This document shows, in pieces, positions 37,428 through 46,775 of a DNA stretch of 64,000 bases. Origin of the DNA: Acidimicrobiales bacterium (GTDB taxonomy: Bacteria > Actinomycetota > Acidimicrobiia > Acidimicrobiales > SZUA-35); NCBI GenBank assembly GCA_013003535.1, contig JABDIY010000137.1:21591-85590 (forward strand), read 5' to 3'. Every line of letters starts with the position of its first letter. The first letter of the stretch is position 1. Below the pieces are notes generated by a model, which worked only from the letters and a program-made list of their open reading frames with translations, made no database searches and was not told the DNA's origin. A program made the translations under genes and the position numbers.

Positions 37428-38357
37428 ATGCCCAGAGCTATTTGGAGTGGCGCGATCAGTTTCGGGCTCGTATCGATTCCGGTCAAGATGTACCCCGCGG
37501 TGAGCCCTAAGGCAGTGCGGTTCAACCAGTTGGACGGTCGCGACAATCAGCGCGTAAAGCAGAAGCGGGTGAATGCCAGCACCGGTGAAGAAGTTCCCTA
37601 CGACGACATCGTCAAGGGGTACGAGATCATGAAGGACACCTATGTCGTCATTACCGATGACGATCTCAAGTCGCTGGCACCGAAGGCATCAAGGTCAATC
37701 GACATCGTGGAGTTCGTCGAGGAGGACGAAATCGACCCAGTGTTCTACCAGGCGTCCTATTATCTCGTCCCGGACGAACTGGCCCGGAAAAGCTATGCCC
37801 TCCTCACCGAGGCGATGGCCGAGGACGGACGTGTAGCGCTGGCCCGAGTGGTGATGCGTACCAAAGAGTATCTGGCAGCAATTCGTCCGACCGACGGCAA
37901 GTTGATGATGAACACCATGATGTACAGCGACGAGGTGGTGGACGCCGATGGGATACCCGGGTTTGAGGAACTCGACGACGTCAAGGTGACCGAGGCCGAA
38001 CGGCTCATGGCGAAGACCCTCATCGAATCTCTGGCTGGTGGATTCAATCCCGACAAGTACGAAGACAGCTTTCGTAACGAAGTGCTGGACCTCATCGAGC
38101 GTAAGTCCAAAGGCGAGCTGGCAACTGCGGAGGTCCATGACGCCGATACCGACACAAATGTGGTCGATCTCATGGCGGCGCTAGAAGCCAGCGTTGCGGC
38201 AGCCAAGAAAGCCCGTAGTGGGCATCCTACGGGAGACGCATCCGGCGCAACCCCGGCAAAGCCAGCGAAGAAGGCAGCAAAGAAGCCTGCCAAGAAGGCG
38301 GCAGCGAAGAAGGCAGCGAAGAAAGCTCCGGCAAAGAAACGAGCGAAGTCTGCCTGA
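37428..38357 (+). CDS. ku: Ku DNA end-binding protein with basic PAKK-repeat tail
   Basis: MPRAIWSGAISFGLVSIPVK, IVKGYE, VVDLMAALEAS. Confidence 0.95.
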   Translation: MPRAIWSGAISFGLVSIPVKMYPAVSPKAVRFNQLDGRDNQRVKQKRVNASTGEEVPYDDIVKGYEIMKDTYVVITDDDLKSLAPKASRSIDIVEFVEEDEIDPVFYQASYYLVPDELARKSYALLTEAMAEDGRVALARVVMRTKEYLAAIRPTDGKLMMNTMMYSDEVVDADGIPGFEELDDVKVTEAERLMAKTLIESLAGGFNPDKYEDSFRNEVLDLIERKSKGELATAEVHDADTDTNVVDLMAALEASVAAAKKARSGHPTGDASGATPAKPAKKAAKKPAKKAAAKKAAKKAPAKKRAKSA

Positions 38358-39276
38358 GTCCACCAAGGTCACCGTCGACGGTCGAATCCTGTCGCTGACC
38401 AATCTGGACAAGGTGCTGTACCCAGACGTCCACTTCACCAAGGGTGAAGTGATCAACTACTACTCACGGGTCGCAGCCGTGATGTTGCCGCACATCAGCG
38501 GCCGCTGTATGACCCTGCGGCGCTGGCCAAACGGAGTCGATGGTGCCTCGTTCTTCGAGAAGCGCTGCCCAAAGCACCGCCCGGCTTGGGTGCCGGTGGC
38601 TGTAGGTCCCGGGAACGAGAGCAGTCGATCTCGTCAGCGAACCAACGATGACGACTCCCCAATCGAATACTGCAGAATCGAGGAACCGGCTTCGCTGGTT
38701 TGGACGGCGAACCTGGCAGCACTGGAACTGCACGCCCCGATGGCTCGCGCCGAAGATCTGGCGACGCCGACACTGGTGGTATTCGATTTGGACCCGGGCG
38801 ACCCTGCAACGATCATCGAGTGTTGCCAACGGGCGCTGGAGATGAAGTCGATGCTCGATGCACTGGACCTTGCGGCATTCGCGAAAACCTCAGGCTCCAA
38901 GGGCCTCCAGGTCTACGTGCCGCTCAACACTCCCACTACCCACGACGCCTGCTCGGACTTCGCTCTGGGAATGGGGCACCTACTGATGAAACAGAACCCT
39001 GATGCCGTGACGGTCACGATGACCAAAGCAGCCCGGCCAGGGAAGGTTTTCGTTGACTGGAGTCAAAACAGCCGACATAAAACGACAATCGCTCCATACT
39101 CACTGCGAGCCAAACCCACCCCCACGGTGTCAACGCCGGTCAGCTGGGACGAGGTCGCCGACTGTGCTGGCGGTGAGTACCTATCATTCACTGCGAGTGA
39201 CGTTCTCGAACGCATTGATGCCCTTGGTGACCTCTTCGCGCCCACTGCTCACCTCCAGCAAGAGTTACCAGTCTGA
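38350..39276 (+). CDS. ligD: LigD-type primase-polymerase (POL domain only)
   Basis: LTNLDKVLYP, RWPNG, FFEK, VFDLDPG, KTSGSKGLQ, VFVDWSQN, PYSLRA; start uncertain (CTG 38350 or TTG 38194). Confidence 0.88.
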   Translation: MPESTKVTVDGRILSLTNLDKVLYPDVHFTKGEVINYYSRVAAVMLPHISGRCMTLRRWPNGVDGASFFEKRCPKHRPAWVPVAVGPGNESSRSRQRTNDDDSPIEYCRIEEPASLVWTANLAALELHAPMARAEDLATPTLVVFDLDPGDPATIIECCQRALEMKSMLDALDLAAFAKTSGSKGLQVYVPLNTPTTHDACSDFALGMGHLLMKQNPDAVTVTMTKAARPGKVFVDWSQNSRHKTTIAPYSLRAKPTPTVSTPVSWDEVADCAGGEYLSFTASDVLERIDALGDLFAPTAHLQQELPV

Positions 39277-39341
39277 CTGATTGGGCAATCACACCGGTGG
39301 GGTCCAACACCTATAGCGCGATAGCTGCAAAGCTTTCGCCA

Positions 39342-39917
39342 GTGGATCGCATTGAGAGACATGACGTACTGAATGCTGCCATGTTGGCGGTCATCCTCAT
39401 GGGGATGACCTTCACTATGCTTTGGGGCGCCCGCGGCCTCGTTAACTCTGCCGGCGGCGATGACGAGCCCGGTACCACCGTTCTGGCCAGTGGTGACGAT
39501 GATTCCGCACCGAGCTCCTCGGAAACCATTCCGGATGAAAGCACCACGACAACGACAACCCCTGCCACCACGACCACCACGGCCCCCACAACCACTACTA
39601 CCGCGGCCGTAGCCCATGCCCCGAACGAGGTGAAGACACGGGTAGGTAATGGAGCCGAACGAGGCGGCGTTGCGGGAGCGGGGACCAACATTCTCGCCTC
39701 AGCTGGGTACGTGACCCTGGCGCCCAAGAACGCTGAAACGATCGATGTAAGCACCGTTTACTTCACCGAAGGATTCTCCGAAGACGCAAAGCTTGTGGCC
39801 CAACTCTTGAACGTTCCGGTCACCAATGTGTTTCCGATGCCCAGCAATCCTGGAATGCCCGTGGGAGACGCCACAGTGGTCGCGGTGCTAGGGCGAGACA
39901 CCGCTGTAGGCAGTTAA
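39342..39917 (+). CDS. LytR C-terminal-domain membrane protein
   Basis: TM helix, poly-Thr linker, VGNGAERGGVA...STVYF...VLGRD. Confidence 0.75.
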   Translation: MDRIERHDVLNAAMLAVILMGMTFTMLWGARGLVNSAGGDDEPGTTVLASGDDDSAPSSSETIPDESTTTTTTPATTTTTAPTTTTTAAVAHAPNEVKTRVGNGAERGGVAGAGTNILASAGYVTLAPKNAETIDVSTVYFTEGFSEDAKLVAQLLNVPVTNVFPMPSNPGMPVGDATVVAVLGRDTAVGS

Positions 39918-39920
39918 ACG

Positions 39921-39961
39921 AGAAAAGCCACCGGCCCCGAAGCAATGCTCCGGGGCCGTGG
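39921..39961 (-). terminator. Intrinsic terminator (minus strand)
   Basis: CGGCCCCG-A-AGCA/TGCT-C-CGGGGCCG stem followed by UUUUCU on the minus strand. Confidence 0.75.
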
Positions 39962-40006
39962 TCAGAGTACTTCTGCCGAAATCTCTTCCGGTGAAGGTAT
40001 CCGGTT
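39921..40006 (-). ncRNA. Candidate ~85-nt small RNA
   Basis: -10 TAGGCT at 40018-40013, no credible ORF, ends in an intrinsic terminator. Confidence 0.45.
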
Positions 40007-40115
40007 CGTCTTAGCCTACCACCGAGCGGTAATTCCCTCCGGGGGCAGCTCAAACGCCGCTGATGCTTTGCCTCCGGCCTCCACCAGATCACTACTAGCC
40101 CTCAGCTCGATCTGC

Positions 40116-41000
40116 TCAGAGATTCCCTCCGGGGGCATCGAGAGGTTCCGCAGCGGCGTCCAGATCGGTGTCTGCGGGCTGGGGTTTCTCCAGGGATGGG
40201 CCTACGAGGCGGCCGCGGGTAAGGAAAGCGGTATGGCCCACCATCCGGTGATCGGGGCGCACCGCTTGCCCCTCGATGTGCCACGTCCGGTAAAGCACCT
40301 CGGTCGTGCTCACCTCGTCATACATACCGTTGTTCAACGCACGCCGAACCTGCTGAGCCTGCGTGATGCTTGGCGTGTACGCCACAATAATCCCGCCGGG
40401 CCGTAAAGCTTTTGGCGCATGAGCGATCACCTGCCACGGCTCCGGCAGGTCAAGGACAAACCGATCGAAGAGCGGTGTGTCCTCTTCCAGGCCGTCGCGA
40501 CCGAGCTCGATTCCCTCGTAGGCATCGGCAACGTGGACCTGGTATCGCTCGAAAACTCCTGCTCCCAGGAATCCCTCTACGTTCTTCTGCGCGCGAGCCA
40601 GGAAGTCCTCGCGAACCTCATATCCGGTCACGATCGCTCCGGCCCGCAACAGCGCCATGGACATTGCCCCCGACCCAACTCCGGTCTCAAAGACACGACA
40701 CCCCGGGTAGACATCGGCCATCATGAGGATTGCAGCAATATCCTTCGGATAGATGACCTGCGCACCCCGCTTCATCTGCAGGACATAGTCGTTCATGGTG
40801 GGTCGAAAAACTCGGAACTTCTGACCCTTGGTGGTCGCCACCTGAACGCCCTCGGGCTGACCGATGATCTGACTGAAAGGGACGAACCCGGCATGGCTGT
40901 GGTATTGCTTCTCGGGGTCGAGGTTCACCAGATACCGGCGACCCTTGTTGTCAACCAGAAGTGCAGCCTCGCCTGCCCGTAATTCGCCGATCGAACTCAA
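40116..41000 (-). CDS. trmI: tRNA (adenine58-N1)-methyltransferase
   Basis: MKRGAQVIYPKD, ETGVGSGA, LDLPEPW, RPDHRMVGHTAFL. Confidence 0.93.
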   Translation of the reverse strand: MSSIGELRAGEAALLVDNKGRRYLVNLDPEKQYHSHAGFVPFSQIIGQPEGVQVATTKGQKFRVFRPTMNDYVLQMKRGAQVIYPKDIAAILMMADVYPGCRVFETGVGSGAMSMALLRAGAIVTGYEVREDFLARAQKNVEGFLGAGVFERYQVHVADAYEGIELGRDGLEEDTPLFDRFVLDLPEPWQVIAHAPKALRPGGIIVAYTPSITQAQQVRRALNNGMYDEVSTTEVLYRTWHIEGQAVRPDHRMVGHTAFLTRGRLVGPSLEKPQPADTDLDAAAEPLDAPGGNL

Positions 41001-41731
41001 TTGGAGGCGACCCGGCGGGCCGCTTTTGCAGCCTTGCGTTGGAGTCGTTGAGCTCGTTTCATATTGCGACGGTCCCGAAATGCCGCAACAGCTTCTTTTC
41101 GATCGGCACGGCGCTGGGCTTTCAGCGCCGCCCGGGCTTCTCGCTCGGCCCTTCGAACCTCGCGTTCCGCTCGCTTGGCAAGCTTACGTTGGGCCCGCAA
41201 CTCGGCCTTGGTAGCCCGATCGATCTTCTTCTGCGCCTTTTGCGCATCGCGACGGATCCGACTGTCTTCTCGGGCCGCAGCCTTCTCCTGGCGAACCGCC
41301 GTCTTCGCCGCTTTGACCGCTGATTTCTGCTGTCGAGCCGCCAACTTCTCGGATTGATGAAGCTCGGCGGTCCGCCGTCTTATTTCGCGTCGGGTGGACC
41401 TGCTTGGAGCACTCGCCTTCCGTGCCCGCATGTCAGCCTTCTTCCTGGCTTTGCTAGCCCGGCCATCAAGCTTGGCTGCTTTCTTGTTTCGTTTGGCTTC
41501 GGCCTTCATCTGTTTCATTTGTTCCTTGTGGGTGATGGGGAGGTGCTCAATCACGTACTTGGATCCCACACCGGCGCCACTGAGATCGATAATCTCCCGC
41601 TTTCCAGTCCGGCCCCGAATAAAATTGAACGCTGCGACGGCGGCCGTGCTGAATACCCATGACCCTGCCGGGCCCTTGATGAAGCTGTTCACGCCCGACA
41701 CGATCAGGCGGTTCCGGATCGATCCGGCCAT
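40997..41731 (-). CDS. Hypothetical protein with long Lys/Arg/Ala-rich helical tail
   Basis: Start and stop overlap both neighbours; highly basic C-terminal two thirds. Confidence 0.65.
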   Translation of the reverse strand: MAGSIRNRLIVSGVNSFIKGPAGSWVFSTAAVAAFNFIRGRTGKREIIDLSGAGVGSKYVIEHLPITHKEQMKQMKAEAKRNKKAAKLDGRASKARKKADMRARKASAPSRSTRREIRRRTAELHQSEKLAARQQKSAVKAAKTAVRQEKAAAREDSRIRRDAQKAQKKIDRATKAELRAQRKLAKRAEREVRRAEREARAALKAQRRADRKEAVAAFRDRRNMKRAQRLQRKAAKAARRVASN

Positions 41732-41937
41732 CAGAGCCGGCGGATCTCGAGGACGGTGCTGTTCCGCTTGCCGGCGCGTCGGCCGAAGAAATAGATGGCA
41801 CCCAAAAGGACTACTGCCCCAACGACACCCGCTATCTGAACGAGTTTCTTGGAATCGCTGGAGACGGTTTCGATCTCACCTTGGATCGAGCGGAATTTCT
41901 GCTCTAGGTCAGCCGGAGTGATTGCGGGATCGGTCAT
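41731..41937 (-). CDS. Small membrane-anchored hypothetical protein (DUF3618-like)
   Basis: Helix plus C-terminal TM and basic tail; translationally coupled. Confidence 0.65.
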   Translation of the reverse strand: MTDPAITPADLEQKFRSIQGEIETVSSDSKKLVQIAGVVGAVVLLGAIYFFGRRAGKRNSTVLEIRRL

Positions 41938-42254
41938 CGGACGGCCCTCGTAGCTTTCGACATGGCACGGGCCAGGAGTAGGACAAGCACACCCATCACA
42001 GCAATTGACCCTGCGTAGGGTCCCATGCTGGCGAAGCTCTGACCGTCGAAGACCGTGCCGGTTTCGGACTGGAGTAGACGAAGAACCGCAAGTCCGATGA
42101 ACAACACGCCCAGGAAGACCAGCAACGCTCCTGCCAGCCCGAACGCCAGATACTTGGCGAGCGTCCCGAGGGGCTCGATCGTTTCCTGCTTCGCGTATCT
42201 CACAAGCATTGCTTGGAGATCCTTCGCTTCATCGATGGGGTTCACTTTCGCCAC
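41934..42254 (-). CDS. Two-TM actinobacterial holin-like (YqjE-type) membrane protein
   Basis: YAKQETIEPL followed by 2 TMs; -10 TACACT 6 nt before GTG 42254. Confidence 0.65.
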   Translation of the reverse strand: MAKVNPIDEAKDLQAMLVRYAKQETIEPLGTLAKYLAFGLAGALLVFLGVLFIGLAVLRLLQSETGTVFDGQSFASMGPYAGSIAVMGVLVLLLARAMSKATRAVR

Positions 42255-42306
42255 GAGAGCAGTGTAGGGGCTTGGGTCCACCTCGCCTTATTCAAAAACC
42301 AACAGG

Positions 42307-42945
42307 TCATTCGTCCCTAAGGGACTGCCCCATTTCCATCTCCACAATGGCCATCGCCGAGTTCAAGGTTTCGGCAAGCAGCGGTAGCCTGTCGGCCACG
42401 GTCGGAGCCGCGAGAAGGCGCTGTCGGTCGAATGAGGAGATCGGGGCGGTCGCGGCCAACTGGAAACTTCCGAGCGTTGGATCCTCGGTGAGGTCCGGGA
42501 TCTGCCCAACGTCATAACCCAATTCTGACGTGAGCGCCAGAAGGCGGCGGTGCAGGGTGCACAACTGGAGGTAGTCCGCAGTTTCAGCCTCCGAGGCCTG
42601 GGATTCGTCGTCCCAGCTTTCCACGATCGCCCGAGGGAACGGGTCATCGGGAAGCCACTCATTCACGCGAATTCGCTCCACCCCAACCGCCAGAACTCCC
42701 CAGCGACCGTCGGCTGCACGCTCGTGATTCAACACCCTGGCCAGAGTCCCGATGTTTGAACGCTGATCCTCGCCGCCAACTTCGTGACCCCGTTCAATGA
42801 GAACAACGCCGAAGCCCGGAACCTCCGAATCCATTACTCGGTCCATCATCGTCCGGTACCTCTCCTCGAAAATATGGAGCGGCAAAAGCATCGAGGGCAG
42901 CAAGACTGAACCCAGGGGGAACATCGGAAATTCGTAGGCGGTCAC
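42307..42945 (-). CDS. LON substrate-binding (N-terminal) domain protein
   Basis: PMFPLGSVLLP, LPLHIFEERY, FGVVLIERG. Confidence 0.88.
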   Translation of the reverse strand: MTAYEFPMFPLGSVLLPSMLLPLHIFEERYRTMMDRVMDSEVPGFGVVLIERGHEVGGEDQRSNIGTLARVLNHERAADGRWGVLAVGVERIRVNEWLPDDPFPRAIVESWDDESQASEAETADYLQLCTLHRRLLALTSELGYDVGQIPDLTEDPTLGSFQLAATAPISSFDRQRLLAAPTVADRLPLLAETLNSAMAIVEMEMGQSLRDE

Positions 42946-42949
42946 CGCC

Positions 42950-44482
42950 CTAGGGTTGCAGAGGGCCGAGCTCGGTGAGCAACGGAGCGTTGGGATAGGC
43001 CACCAGTGCCTCGACAAAGGGCTCTTGAAGAGCCTTCACCGTCTCATTGAGACCGATGGACTCGCCGTTGACGATGTAGCTGAAAATCAGGTCCGTCTCG
43101 GGGTCCTTGGCGCTCTCGGCGACCCCGGAGAGGGCGGTTACTCCGTTCAACGTTCCGGTCTTCGCAAAAACGTTCCCGTCAGCGGGGGTTCCCTCGTGAC
43201 GCTCCAATAGTGAGCCCCGCTCGCCGCCGATAGAGAGCGTGCGAACCAATGGGCTATCGGGGCCGGCACGCTCGAGGATGTCGGCCAGCAAGGTGCATGT
43301 GGCTCGATCGGTCTCAGCCAAGCCGGAACCGTCGTCGATCCGGACTCCACCCAGGTCGAAGCGTTGGACTTCGAGAATGGAACGAATAACCGCAACGCCG
43401 GCTTCGGTAGTGCCGATGCTTCGCTCGGTGCGGCCAAGGTATTTGACGAGCATTTCCGCACCATGGTTGTTGCTGTAGCTGTTGATGTGCGTAACGATGT
43501 CGATCAAAGGTGGCGATTGAATGGACGCCACCGTTATGAGTCCGGTTGGTGCGGGCGCGGCCTGCGCCCCGCCATCCACCGTGATGTTCCGGTCCGCAAG
43601 AAGCTCGGTGAAGACCTCAGCGGCGTTCAAAGCCGGGTCCGTTGCCGGGGTCCGAGCCCGGAAACTCCCGGCGAACTCCTCAGGCCATGAAATGAACCCT
43701 TCATTCACTGACAATGCCGACAGCGGGCCGGACTGGTTCGAAGCGATCAGCCGCTCGGCCCACGGACCAAAACGAACATTGTCGAAAAACGACTCATCAC
43801 CCTGCACCGCACCCGTGATCCTTGTGATCCCGGAGGCTGCCACGGCATCCGCCAAATCCTCAAAGCGGGTAGTAGCCCGACCCTCTTGGTCATCCCCGTA
43901 TTGGGCGCGCCATGCATCGGTTGCCAAGAATGGATCACCGCCACCGATCAAATAGAGCGTTCCGTCCATCACGCCGTCAATGGTCGGGGCGGAGGCGGTT
44001 ACCGTGGTGGTGAAGGTGTGGTCCGGACCGTACTGGCTGAGCACCGCGCTGGTGAGAATGAGCTTCTGGTTGCTAGCCGGCACCAGTGAGGTGCGGGGGT
44101 TGGTGATATTGATGACCCGGTCCCCTTCTTCCACGATCAGGCAGGCATTGGGCCCGGAGCCGGAAAGCAGTTTGGCGATCTCGGGGGCCAACGCCTCATC
44201 GGCAAGAGGCTGCTGCAACGTCTCGGGTACCCGACGAGCCGAGAGCAGCGGCGTTCGAAGCTGAACGGCGTAGTTGATTGGTTCGGTGGGAACGTCATCG
44301 ATCGAGGCGTTCTGCGAATAGCTCCATGCCCCGGCGGACAGCAGCACCAGTGCGATCACCGGAACGACGGCCCGCCATGGGATCTCTTCGAGAACCGAGC
44401 GGGGTGCTGGAGTTTCGGTCCTGCGGCGCGGCGACTGACGGGCGTTTTCCCGTCTCTCGGGACTAGTCCGGCGCTCCTCCAT
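42950..44482 (-). CDS. dacB: D-Ala-D-Ala carboxypeptidase/endopeptidase (S13, PBP4)
   Basis: PASNQK (SxxK), SNN, DGSGL, AKTGTL. Confidence 0.92.
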   Translation of the reverse strand: MEERRTSPERRENARQSPRRRTETPAPRSVLEEIPWRAVVPVIALVLLSAGAWSYSQNASIDDVPTEPINYAVQLRTPLLSARRVPETLQQPLADEALAPEIAKLLSGSGPNACLIVEEGDRVINITNPRTSLVPASNQKLILTSAVLSQYGPDHTFTTTVTASAPTIDGVMDGTLYLIGGGDPFLATDAWRAQYGDDQEGRATTRFEDLADAVAASGITRITGAVQGDESFFDNVRFGPWAERLIASNQSGPLSALSVNEGFISWPEEFAGSFRARTPATDPALNAAEVFTELLADRNITVDGGAQAAPAPTGLITVASIQSPPLIDIVTHINSYSNNHGAEMLVKYLGRTERSIGTTEAGVAVIRSILEVQRFDLGGVRIDDGSGLAETDRATCTLLADILERAGPDSPLVRTLSIGGERGSLLERHEGTPADGNVFAKTGTLNGVTALSGVAESAKDPETDLIFSYIVNGESIGLNETVKALQEPFVEALVAYPNAPLLTELGPLQP

Positions 44483-44562
44483 CAGCGCCCGACAATACCC
44501 CACCTTGGTCGATCTACCGCGTAGCCCCACCGCTCAGGCTTGCTCGTTTCCACCGGGTCGTG

Positions 44563-46689
44563 TCAATGAGAGCGGGAATAGCGCCACAGAGCATCAAGGG
44601 CCTTGACGGCTCGACCAGCAGTTGGGTAGCACAACCGCCCGGATTCACGAACCGCAGCGGGACCCGGATTGTCCGGATTGGAAATGGCCAGTTCTGTGGC
44701 CACCAGCACCGGCTTGCCGGCCCCATCCGATGCGGCTGCTGCCGCAGCGGCGAAACGGGCGTCCTGACGTTCGTGGTATTCCACAATGCGCTCGAGGCCA
44801 TGATCGGGATAAAAGCCGCCGGACCGAAACATCGCTGCCTGGTTGGCCTGAATACCGATGCCGAGATACAGAACCGCGTCCACTGCCGGGTGCTCGGCCA
44901 CCAGATGGAGAAGCGTGGGGATCGTGTCCCGAGTCTCACCGCCGGCGAGATCGATTGGGTTGGACATGCTCCACCTTGGCGGGAGGTGCTGATCGATAGC
45001 CGCCAGAAGGTCCACGGGAAGCTCCAACAGCTCCAGCGCAGAGTTGGCCACCGCATCAGCCGCTACAACTCCCCACCCCCCGGCTGCGGTGAATATGGCG
45101 ACCTTGTTGCCAGCGGGTAAGGGTTGAGTGGCGAAGGTTGCCGCGAAATCGAATGCTTCCTCGGGGTCCGTGGCCCGAATTGCACCCGCGGATCGCAGCG
45201 CCCCGTCGAAGACTCTGTCGTTGCTGGCCAGCGAACCCGTGTGGGATGCGGCAGCCTGCGCTCCTCCCTCGGTTGCCCCACCTTTGACAACTACTACGGG
45301 CATCCTGGCCGTGATGCGAGCCAGCCGTTCAGTGAAGGTCCGCCCATCAACGAGCCCCTCAACATAGGCAAGGCCAACATTGGTGAACCGATCGCTGGCG
45401 AAGTATTCGAGATAGTCGATCACGCCGAGCATCGCCGCATTGCCTGCGCTCACCGCTCGAGAGATCCCTACCCCGCTGGCGTTGGCAAGATTCATGAATG
45501 AGGAGACAAGATTGCCGCTCTGGCTGGCGACACCAATGGTTCCACTGAACGGATACGGCGCCACGATCTGGGCACACAGTGATGACGGAGTGCTCACAAC
45601 GCCCTGGCCATTTGGGCCACCGATCACCATTTCCAACTCTGAAGCCACGGTCAAGAGTTCGGACTGAAGCTGCGCTCCCTCCTCGTGGGCTTCGGCGTAA
45701 CCGGCGGAGGTGACGAATGCAGCTTTTACTCCCCGTGCGGCGCAGCTCCGCAGGATGTCCAGATTGACTGCTGCGGGCGTGCAGAAGAACGCTAGTTCCA
45801 GCGGCACATCCGGGGGAATGTCTTCAACCCTGGCGAATGTTTTCATGCCGAGAACGTCGGCGCGGTCACGATTGGTTGCTACCACCGGTCCTGCATAGCC
45901 ATTGGCCAAAATGTTGTGCAAGCTCACGAACCCGAACTTGCCGGGATGGGTTGATGCACCGATGACCACGACCCCGTGGGGGTCGAAAAGGGATGACAAT
46001 CGCTGCGGGTCAATCGGATCTCCCGCGATACCGCCAGAGGTATTTCCGTGGTCCCGTAGTTCTACCAGCGCGTCTACTGCGACTGGAGACCCGTCGTGGA
46101 TCAGAATGGGGTTCAGATCCACTGCCGCCACTTCTGGATCGTCTGCGACCGAGCCCAGTGCAACGAGAAGTGAGACGAGTGCATCGCGATCGACAGCCGG
46201 TTCGCCCCGAAACGACTGGAGAAGAGCAGGATGGCTGAAGGACGCAACCATCTCGGCCGCCGCCTCCCGGCTGAGTGGAGCCAGCCGCAAAGAAACGTCG
46301 CCCACCGCTTCTGCCAAGACGCCGCCGACCCCAAACAGTACACAAGGTCCAAATTGTTCATCCACGGCAAGGCCGGCGATCAGCTCGCGCGTAGTGCTCA
46401 CCATGGGAGCAACGAGGACCGTGACCGGGCCATCCTCCGGTGTCGCCGCCCCAAGGAGTTCGGCTGCGGCTGAGGCCACCGCCGATTCCCCGTTCACGTT
46501 CAGTCGCACGAGACCGCGTTCGGTCTTGTGTGCGATGCGTTCACCGTTGAGCTTCATTACTACTGGGGTGCCCAAAGCCGTGGCGGCCGCAACCGCTTCG
46601 GGCACAGTGGAACAACTGTGTTCAGCGAGAAACGGCACGCCCCTCTCCGCCAGTCTTTTTTTGGATTCCAGTTCCGAGAGCGTGACCAT
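44563..46689 (-). CDS. ADP-forming acyl-CoA synthetase, fused beta-alpha order
   Basis: N-terminal ATP-grasp (HKTE, DLNP); CoA-binding VIGAS, GPNGQG, SQSG, SHTGSLA. Confidence 0.88.
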   Translation of the reverse strand: MVTLSELESKKRLAERGVPFLAEHSCSTVPEAVAAATALGTPVVMKLNGERIAHKTERGLVRLNVNGESAVASAAAELLGAATPEDGPVTVLVAPMVSTTRELIAGLAVDEQFGPCVLFGVGGVLAEAVGDVSLRLAPLSREAAAEMVASFSHPALLQSFRGEPAVDRDALVSLLVALGSVADDPEVAAVDLNPILIHDGSPVAVDALVELRDHGNTSGGIAGDPIDPQRLSSLFDPHGVVVIGASTHPGKFGFVSLHNILANGYAGPVVATNRDRADVLGMKTFARVEDIPPDVPLELAFFCTPAAVNLDILRSCAARGVKAAFVTSAGYAEAHEEGAQLQSELLTVASELEMVIGGPNGQGVVSTPSSLCAQIVAPYPFSGTIGVASQSGNLVSSFMNLANASGVGISRAVSAGNAAMLGVIDYLEYFASDRFTNVGLAYVEGLVDGRTFTERLARITARMPVVVVKGGATEGGAQAAASHTGSLASNDRVFDGALRSAGAIRATDPEEAFDFAATFATQPLPAGNKVAIFTAAGGWGVVAADAVANSALELLELPVDLLAAIDQHLPPRWSMSNPIDLAGGETRDTIPTLLHLVAEHPAVDAVLYLGIGIQANQAAMFRSGGFYPDHGLERIVEYHERQDARFAAAAAAASDGAGKPVLVATELAISNPDNPGPAAVRESGRLCYPTAGRAVKALDALWRYSRSH

Positions 46690-46775
46690 CGGCCTCCAGT
46701 TCTACTACGCGGACGACGAAGTCCCTAACGGAGCGCTAGCGATCGAGCGCCGCCGCCCACGGATTCCCTCAACCG

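Noticed and set aside
39960-40115. 6S or Ms1 RNA
   Set aside because: Could not fold a long closing stem with a central bubble; too short for Ms1; kept only as a generic sRNA candidate.
41934-42254. Prophage lysis gene
   Set aside because: This holin-like family is chromosomal in actinobacteria; no phage genes nearby.
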